The notes beneath the pieces are model-generated. The model searched no databases. It saw only the letters and a list, made by a program, of their open reading frames with translations, and was not told the DNA's origin. Shown here one piece after another: positions 56,182-64,000 of a DNA stretch of 64,000 nt. The translations under genes and the position numbers were made by a program. Source of the DNA: an uncultured Bacteroidales bacterium (GTDB taxonomy: Bacteria; Bacteroidota; Bacteroidia; Bacteroidales; VadinHA17); the NCBI GenBank assembly GCA_963741935.1, contig CAVUJY010000009.1:18466-82465 (forward strand). Reading direction: 5' to 3'. How positions within the stretch are numbered: position 1 is the first letter of the stretch; each line of letters starts with the position of its first letter.

Positions 56182-56184
56182 TTC

Positions 56185-56745
56185 ATGCCTCACATTGCAA
56201 TTATATCGGCCAGTGTAAGAGAGGGAAGGAACAGCCACAGGGTAGCATTATATTTCAAAAATTTTATTGAAACAAACGATATTGCAACTGTTGAGATATT
56301 AGATCTTCAGAAATTCAATTTTCCGATATTTGAGGAGAGATTGCATCTTCAAAAGAATCCTCTGCCATCAGCACTTGAATTTTCTCAGAAGATAAAGAAC
56401 TCTGACGGAGTTCTTATTGTAACTCCTGAATATAACGGAGGTTATCCTGCAAGTATAAAAAATGCCATTGATCTGCTGTATAGCGAATGGCAAAGAAAAC
56501 CTGTTGCTATATCAACTTGTTCAAATGGAAATTTTGGTGGCACGCAGGTTATAACTTCATTGCAGTTTTCTCTGTGGAAAATCAGAGCATGGACGGTTGC
56601 AGCAATGTTTCCTAATCCTAAAGTAATGGAAGCTTATGATGAATCAGGTAATCCAACTGATAAGGTTGCAACAGACAAACGTGCAGCAGGTTTTATTAAT
56701 GAGCTTATGTGGTGCATTGAGGCTAAAAAAAGGATGGCAGAGTGA
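56185..56745 (+). CDS. NADPH-dependent FMN reductase
   Basis: SVREGRNS, TPEYNGGYPASIKNAID. Confidence 0.92.
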   Translation: MPHIAIISASVREGRNSHRVALYFKNFIETNDIATVEILDLQKFNFPIFEERLHLQKNPLPSALEFSQKIKNSDGVLIVTPEYNGGYPASIKNAIDLLYSEWQRKPVAISTCSNGNFGGTQVITSLQFSLWKIRAWTVAAMFPNPKVMEAYDESGNPTDKVATDKRAAGFINELMWCIEAKKRMAE

Positions 56746-56771
56746 TAAAAGAACATTAAAAAACTAAAGTC

Positions 56772-57493
56772 ATGGCAAAGACTATATTACATAAAGCAGC
56801 AAGCCGTGGTGATGCAAATCATGGCTGGCTGCACAGCAGACATACATTCAGTTTTGCGGACTATTATGATCAGGAAAGGATAAGTTTTGGTATGCTCCGT
56901 GTACTGAACGATGATACAGTGGAGGCAGGAATGGGATTTGGCACACACCCTCACAATAATATGGAAATCATTTCAATTCCTCTGGAAGGCGACCTTGAAC
57001 ATAAGGATAATATGGGTAATATTTCTGTTATAAAAAATGGCGATGTACAGGTTATGAGTGCTGGTACCGGCATAACTCACAGTGAGTATAACAGGAACAA
57101 GGATAAACAGGTAAAGTTTCTTCAGATATGGGTCATTCCGAATGAAAGGGATGTAAAGCCACGGTACGACCAGATCACTTTAAAAAAAGCTGACAGGCAT
57201 AATAAACTGCAGCAGATACTATCCCCAAATCCTGATGATGAAGGTGTTTGGATTCATCAGGATGCATGGTTTCATCTCGGAATTTTTGATGAAGGAGTCT
57301 CTGCTTCCTATTCCCTGAAAAAACAAAGAAACGGAGTATATGCTTTTGTATTACACGGCAGCTTCACCATCAATGATTTGAAACTTTCTGAGCGTGATGG
57401 ATTAGGGATCTGGGATACGGAAAAAATATCATTAAAGTCAGATTCTCCAGGAGTGCTGAACTGTTGTTGATGGAGGTCCCAGTGAATATGTGA
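56772..57493 (+). CDS. pirin family protein (3' frameshift)
   Basis: RHTFSFADYY, GFGTHPHNNMEI, MSAGTGITHSE, FLQIW. Confidence 0.93.
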
Positions 57494-57524
57494 TAATAAG
57501 ACCGTTTATCAAAATATGTAAATT

Positions 57525-58214
57525 ATGATTAGTCCCATTTCTAAAAAAGAAATTCCCAGAGGTGAGGAGGTTAAAGCCCAGGACTTGAGAGAGGGTATTT
57601 TTAATCTTATAAAAAAGGAACATCCGGATTTTAAGCTGGAAGATTCAATAACCCTTGCCGAACTAAATCATTACAGACGGCATTATCTTACCTACCTTAT
57701 CGGCGAGGAAAAAGGAGAGCTCGATCTTGTCGACAGTGATGTGTTTAATGCTGTAATAAACAATTCTGTTCTCTCTGAGAATATCGAAGATGATCTGGAA
57801 GGTAAACTCACATTTGGTCAGAGGCTTGCAGATAATATTGCAAAATTCGGAGGCAGCTGGACCTTTATCGGGACTTTTTTTTCGTTTTTACTTATCTGGA
57901 TGTCTATAAACATCTGGTTGCTGGCAAAAAAACCTTTTGATCCGTTCCCTTTTATTCTTCTGAATTTAATACTTTCATGCCTCGCAGCAATTCAGGCTCC
58001 GGTTATTATGATGAGCCAGAACAGAAAGGAACAAAAAGACAGACAGAGAAGTGAACAGGATTATAAGGTAAACCTTAAAGCTGAACTGGAAATAAAACTT
58101 CTCAGTGAAAAAATTGATCAGATGATTATTCATCAGAATAAGAGGTTACTTGAAATACAGCAGATACAAGCTGATTATCTGGAGGATATGACAAAAAAAA
58201 TCAATAAACTGTAG
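57525..58214 (+). CDS. DUF1003 membrane protein
   Basis: FGGSWTF, FDPFPFILLNL, QAPVIMMSQNR. Confidence 0.9.
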   Translation: MISPISKKEIPRGEEVKAQDLREGIFNLIKKEHPDFKLEDSITLAELNHYRRHYLTYLIGEEKGELDLVDSDVFNAVINNSVLSENIEDDLEGKLTFGQRLADNIAKFGGSWTFIGTFFSFLLIWMSINIWLLAKKPFDPFPFILLNLILSCLAAIQAPVIMMSQNRKEQKDRQRSEQDYKVNLKAELEIKLLSEKIDQMIIHQNKRLLEIQQIQADYLEDMTKKINKL

Positions 58215-58306
58215 CTGTCGGAAACTTTATTGAAAATTTTTATCATAATGATACTTTATTATTAAATACATGGGATAATAAGTAACAATTATTAATCATT
58301 AAGACC

Positions 58307-59027
58307 ATGGCAACCGGCAATACTGAAAATGTAGCACATCATGAGGCAACATCTGACCAGCTCTGCATTTATTACCGATATTGTTATTGGAATGTCCGAC
58401 GGACTGACCGTTCCTTTTGCTCTTGCAGCTGGCTTTAGTGGTGCCGTTAACAGTAATACCGTAGTTATAACAGCCGGGATTGCAGAAATCGTGGCAGGTA
58501 GCATAGCTATGGGGCTTGGTGGTTATCTGGCCGGAAAAACTGAACAGGAACACTTTCAGTCTGAACTTAAGAGGGAGTATGATGAAGTCGAAAACATGCC
58601 GGAAATTGAAAAGGAAGAGGTCAGGCTTGTTTTTGCTGATTACGGGTTAAATAAAGACACTCAGAATATAATTGCCGATGAACTGGCTAAGAACAAGGAC
58701 AAATGGGTGGATTTTATGATGAAATACGAACTGGGACTGGAAAAGCCTGATATTAACAGGGCCAGGAACAGTGCAGCAACAATAGGCATCTCATATATAG
58801 TAGGCGGATTAATTCCACTATCAGCTTATTTTTTTACACCTACACCATTTGATGGATTAGTTATTTCTGCGATACTTACTGTCATCTGTCTGTTCCTGTT
58901 TGGCTATTTTAAAAGCAAAGTAACCGGACAACCTCCTGTAAAAGGGGCTGTCAAGGTTACTCTTATTGGAATAACAGCTGCAGCTGCTGCATTTCTTGTT
59001 GCAAGAACATTTAATAATCTCTTCTGA
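58307..59027 (+). CDS. VIT1/CCC1 family iron/manganese transporter (5' frameshift)
   Basis: DIVIGMSDGLTVPFAL, AEIVAGSIAMGLGGYL, FMMKYELGL. Confidence 0.92.
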
Positions 59028-59208
59028 AACTCAAACAACAGAATACCATTGCGCTGTTAAACCTTTTTTCTAACCACGGAGCACACTGGTAACACGGAGT
59101 TTCACGGTTTTCATTGTCTACCAGTCTAATAGCCACCTTTTCTCCAACGTTGCCTTGGCATAGTTGGACCCTCATTCTTCCTTTGTGCCTTTGAGCCGTT
59201 ACGCCTTT

Positions 59209-61858
59209 TCACAAAGAGAACCAGTAAGAAAATTTAACAAGAAATACATTGTGAGGTACTATCTGAAACAGATCCTTCATGTCCTGTCCATATGAAAACA
59301 TCCCGTTAGTATCAGAACTGGTCCTTCCCTGCGACCAAACCAGGTAAAGAGTAGAACCAGGTAAATATTCCCATCGTACTACAAGATTTGAACGAAACTG
59401 CCTGAAATTGAAATCAGGATTTGATATCGAATAGTCCTCAATTCCGTCAATGATTTTCATCAATCGAATAACTGTTATTAGCTTCATTGAAGCTTATTTC
59501 TGATGTTGTAAAATTATGAAACCGGTCTGCAAATTTTCCGGCACTCCGATCAGTGATTTTCTTGAAATCAGTATACTTACCGGCCGAAACAAACGGCTGA
59601 CCATAATACTCAATGCTCAATTCCGGATTAATTGTAAAGTTAATCCTGAAGGTCATTGTCAGTGTTTTCTGATCAATACTGCCAAATAAATAAGCAGGAT
59701 CTGCTGATGTACTTAATGTGCTGATATACTGTAATTTTCTTTTCTCAATTTGGTAATCAGGTTCAAGTGATAATGAGATCGAGTTCACCGGTCTGTAATT
59801 TATGCTGGCATAGTATTCATGTCCTGAAAAACTATTTGCATCACCTGCACCATGATAATTGCCAATAAAAAATGAAAGCTTTTTGGATGGGTCACTTCCG
59901 ATATTGATATTAAAGCTCTGGCTTCCCGGAAGAATAAATGAAGGACCTCCGCGTAATAATGTTGTAGAAATGGTTTCACTTTGCCTGTTGGTATTACCAT
60001 TCATGCGCCACCTGTTCCTGAACTGGGAATTAAAGTTAATGTTCGTATTTATAGAAAGAAGAGTACCTGAGAAATTCCAGTACATCCAGTAATTTGTATT
60101 CAGGTAAAAATTATTGAAGATGGCAAAAGGATTGCGGATATAATAAGCCACCCATGTTCCGTGGTGAATAACATCAGAGTAACGCATATAGCCAATGTCA
60201 TTGAATTCAAGGCCTGGTGAACGAACTGTGGCACTGGTCTCAAATTGTAATCGCTTCTGACTTGATTTTCCTATTTTAACCGTTCCTCCATACCCTGAAA
60301 GCGCTGTTAAGGTTGAATCAACCGACAAATAATTTGCATCAGGTCTCTGATAGTATCGCGCCGAAGATGTCTGGGTGTTTATAAGTGCAACTGGCTTACC
60401 TCTTACATTACTGAATTCAGCATTTCCGGCAATATACCATGTTCTTTCTTTCCATTTATGCTGAAAATCGAGCCCGGCTGTATAGGCAGCTGTTGGAAGA
60501 TAGTCAAGAACAGGTGTGTTGATATCCCTGTTTACTGCTGTAAACATTCCTCCAATAGTTGTTTCACCTTTATTAAAGTCCTGCTGTACTCTGCCAACAA
60601 AATAGTTTGAAAGTGGTTCCACAGTCTCCTTTCTTCTAATACCTTCACTATCAATTAAGGCATCTTCTCCGCGAAGTAAGACTCTCAAGAATTCCTATGG
60701 AAAGTCCTTTTTTTGTTTTTCCTGAAATCTTCAGGGCTCCCAGAATAGTTGTAGATTCCGGCATTTTAACATATTCATTGCTGCCTACCGAAGGATAATT
60801 ATGCGGATACCTTCCAATTCTGCGTGAGTAAAATAAATTGTCCGAATACATATTATGGATTACTATGGTCTGATTAGGCTTAAACTGAAAAATATTCTGA
60901 CCTTCCACAAAAAACGGACGCTTTTCAGAGAAATATGATTCAAAAGCCGTAAGATTGACTTCCGATGGATCAGCTTCAACCTGTCCAAAATCAGGATTGA
61001 TAGTAAAGTCAAGTGTAAAATCATTTGTAAGTCCGATCTTCCCATCAAGTCCGGCAGATATTTTTGAATATTTTCCGGTATTAAAAGGATCACCTGGTAC
61101 TTTTTCAAACCGCTCTACCCTGGCAACGGTATAAGGCATGATTTCAAACTGATGCTTCGGCTTAAGATCATTAATGCCTTTTAGTTCACCGAAGAGATGT
61201 ACAATCCCCGGGGAACCTTTTGGAATATATTGCCATTGCGAACGTTCCTGAAGGCGAAAAATATTACGTGAAACCTGAAGCCCCCAGATCTGCTCACTCT
61301 TTTTACCAAAGCGAAGCTGGCTAAGAGGTATCTTCATTTCTGCACACCACCCTTTATCATCAACAGAAGTCTTCATATACCAGATCGGGTTCCAGTTGTC
61401 ATCCTCATTATTGCCATCCTCTGAAACCGCTGCATCACTCTTGGCCCCTGAAGCGGAAGCAACAAACATGAAATCAGTCTGTTTATCAAAGTGGCTGTCG
61501 ATATCAACATATACAAAATCTCCGCTGAAATTATCTCTTCTCGACATTAACCTGCTGATCTTATCGGGTTCATTATCAAAAGCGCGGATAAACAGGTACA
61601 GATTATCATTATCATAAAGAATTTTAAATGCAGTCTGTTGCGAAGGAGCTTTATTCTCTTCGGGAGCTGTCTGTATAAAATCGCTGGTCCAGTCAACGAG
61701 ATTCCAGCAGTCATCATTCATTAATCCGTCGATCACAGGCGTTGTTCCAGTGAATGCAGTTTCATAACTTTTTTTTGGTAATAGTTTGAGAATATGAATT
61801 TAAAAATGCGGTTAGAAAAGATAAGAATCAGAGCTAATTTATTAAGAAAATGTTTCAT
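59209..61858 (-). CDS. CBM9-like + DUF5916 outer-membrane protein (frameshifted)
   Basis: IDG..D..W, AEMKIPLSQLRF, TINPDFGQVEAD, EKRPFF, NLVVRWEYLPGS, C-terminal KFSYWF. Confidence 0.88.
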
Positions 61859-61983
61859 CAATTATCAAATCTATATATGGTTAGTAAGAGTTATCATTGT
61901 AATAACTCCGGATGATCAAGAAGAGTTACATGTCATTTATCAAAGACGTTAATTTTCGAAAAAGATGCAAATTTCAGGTATAA

Positions 61984-62057
61984 TTCCACTTTAGTTCCCC
62001 TGTCATATTGCAGTAGAGGGTGCTTCTGTTTTAAGCCAGGGGAACTAATAAGTGGAA
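61984..62057. repeat. long intergenic inverted repeat
   Basis: TTAGTTCCCCTG (61991-62002) / CAGGGGAACTAA (62037-62048), extended by TTCCACTT/AAGTGGAA. Confidence 0.6.
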
Positions 62058-62106
62058 ATGAATGTTATTAAATATAATCCATCAGAATCTGAAGTTTTTT
62101 GAAGAA

Positions 62107-62742
62107 TCAGTTTGACTTCCTGAAAAATATATCCCCGCTAATCGTCTCCAGTCTTATTGGAAATCCGCCTCCGTTTAGCTTTTCATTTATTTTTACAGGA
62201 ATGCCGGTATGTGTTTTACCCATTGTAAGTTCATGGTTTGAGTATATAGTCCCGGATATTGTTGAAAAATCAATATCAGCTTTGGTGCTTTTTGGTGCTG
62301 CCAGATCAATGTAACCACTTATACTCTTAACCTTCATCTCCTGAGTTTTTCCGTCTATTGTCACATTGGCATTTATTGATTCCAGTGTAAACCTTGTATT
62401 TACAGGGATATAAACTTCCCAGTAGATATCACTCTCGTTGCAACAATTATTCCTTCCTTTAAAGTAATTTTCCCTGAACTTTGCTTTTACAGCCACTGTT
62501 TTACCGGCATCATCAAAGGTAGTTGCATAGGCTTCATTGTCTTTATTATCATTAATGTTCACTGATGCTTTCACATATACTTCATTTTTGTCCCATGTAT
62601 GCACTGTAACAGAATCTGCAATCTGAATATCAAGTGAAACCGCGTCTTTGCCTGAAAAACTTATATGTTTTTCAATTATCTGCTGAGCCTGAAGAGAAGC
62701 AAAGCATAGCCAACCTACAATTAAAATTGTAATCTTTTTCAT
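62107..62742 (-). CDS. DUF4097 beta-strand repeat protein
   Basis: Signal peptide, SISG/TISG repeats, LNGGG..LETISGDI. Confidence 0.82.
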   Translation of the reverse strand: MKKITILIVGWLCFASLQAQQIIEKHISFSGKDAVSLDIQIADSVTVHTWDKNEVYVKASVNINDNKDNEAYATTFDDAGKTVAVKAKFRENYFKGRNNCCNESDIYWEVYIPVNTRFTLESINANVTIDGKTQEMKVKSISGYIDLAAPKSTKADIDFSTISGTIYSNHELTMGKTHTGIPVKINEKLNGGGFPIRLETISGDIFFRKSN

Positions 62743-62782
62743 ATTTAAATATTTTAGGAGATTAAAGAGGGGGGGAAGGGTT

Positions 62783-63565
62783 TTAATTACCCTTCCTCAG
62801 ATATATATTACCGCTTACTGTGCCTATACTGAACTTAAATCCACCACCATTGAGAGGAAAACTAAGTTCATTTCCGCCTACTTTTTTCAGATTCTTCTGT
62901 GAATCGTTAAAATCAAAATCTGAGTAGAATCCACCGTTAATTGTCCGCATTTCAAGATTTACAGCAGTCTTTGATGGCATGGTGATATCGATATCACCGC
63001 TTATTGAGTTGACAGAAGAGGATTTTACCGAACTTACATTACTGAAAGTTATGTTTATATTTCCGCTTATTGTTGACAGGACAAACGGTCCTGTTACGTT
63101 CTGCAGATCAATATCATGACAATTCTTAATGTCAATTTCATTTTTCATATTTTTCACATCTATGCTGTTAGATCTTTCACATCCGCTCTAAAGCTCAAGG
63201 GCAAGATTGTCAGGCATTTTTATTTTGTACTCAGAATGTCTCGTAAATGGTATAAGACATGTAATTGTAATTACATTTCCATTTTTCTGAACATCAAGAC
63301 CGATACCTGTATTATCAGTACCGGAAGGATAGATTGCCTTTAATCCTTTTGCTTTTTCAGGGGGTGCAAAGCTTTCACCGGAAGAAGATGTAATAATTAT
63401 CTCATTTCCGCTGTATCCTTCGATAGGCAACTGCCCACTGAAATCCTTCAGTACCACTCTGCCATCCTGCGAGTTCTGAACTGTAAGTTTATACTCCTGT
63501 GCATTCGTATAGCCTGCAGTCAGAAGTGTAAATAGTATTATCAAGCTGATTTTCATCGTTTTCAT
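62783..63565 (-). CDS. DUF4097 beta-strand repeat protein with in-frame TAG at 63188-63190
   Basis: The two ORFs share a frame. Signal peptide, TISGNI, SISGDID, LNGGG. Confidence 0.78.
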
Positions 63566-63653
63566 AAGATTTGTTTTTAATTGTTTGGAACTTGATCCTG
63601 CATACCCGGTATATATCTGACCATATTTAAATCGAATTCAATTTTCTGATTTT

Positions 63654-64000
63654 TCATATTAATCTTTTAACTCCATCCTCGGCCACCTGTCTTACTTCTT
63701 TCAAAGTTGATTTATTTGAAATGATATCCTCAATGGGTTTAACTGCGCTTTTCTCTTTTCTCTCAACAAGTATATTTATCAGAGCTACCTGCAAGATCGG
63801 GTCGGTCTGGAGAGTAAGTGACCTGACAAGCGAATCGGAAACTGAACGCTGTCCTGCAAATTTGGAGAGAGCATAAGCTGCTGCCATTCTTACATTCGCA
63901 TTTTTATCGGTATTCAGAGTTTTAAACAGGACCTCAATTACCGGATCTCCCGGATTATCAAGATCATCAACATAGTTAACTGCCATGATACGATCACTTG
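63654..64000 (-). CDS. HEAT-repeat protein (probable anti-sigma, 5' part outside window)
   Basis: LNTDKNANVRMAAAYAL, QTDPILQVALI. Lies upstream of DUF4097 genes. Confidence 0.72.
   Translation of the reverse strand, partial: SDRIMAVNYVDDLDNPGDPVIEVLFKTLNTDKNANVRMAAAYALSKFAGQRSVSDSLVRSLTLQTDPILQVALINILVERKEKSAVKPIEDIISNKSTLKEVRQVAEDGVKRLI

Noticed and set aside
1-64000. Widespread pseudogenisation or programmed frameshifting (more than 25 split genes)
   Set aside because: The breaks are single-base indels spread across unrelated genes with otherwise intact motifs. This is typical of uncorrected long-read error, and a read pileup would confirm it.
1-64000. tRNA/rRNA genes, transposases, integrases, prophage or defence genes
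   Set aside because: None were recognisable by eye.

Overview
AT-rich Bacteroidota (Bacteroidales-like) chromosomal DNA. The taxon call rests on TAnnTTTG promoters, Ser-type sulfatases and lipoprotein/Q-rule signal peptides. About half of the genes are split by single-base indels, most likely uncorrected long-read errors, so split ORFs are merged below. In order, the window holds: a DmsB/DmsC-like fusion with a PLP C-S lyase; ung; an orphan promoter-terminator unit (candidate sRNA); CYTH; a KamA + two Ddl-like ATP-grasp operon; MATE; arfB; DMT; an L-rhamnose locus; a lamin-tail/VTC/DUF4956/DUF2490 operon; TetR-EmrAB-TolC; a ~16 kb minus-strand redox operon; a ~450 nt nested palindrome; asnB; five tandem sulfatases; a second, divergent KamA-like enzyme; YceI/FMN reductase/pirin; DUF1003; VIT1; DUF5916; DUF4097 x2 and a HEAT protein. 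The best candidate for an undescribed system is the redox operon. It couples a fused NuoE-NuoF (HydC/HydB-like) flavoprotein and a catalytically truncated NuoG-like Fe-S subunit to a NapG/NapH-like pair, three PQQ-like beta-propellers, a CGCC-motif NHL protein, an unannotated 4-Cys miniprotein, a CxxC-bearing GT4 and a LolCDE/MacB-type ABC transporter.
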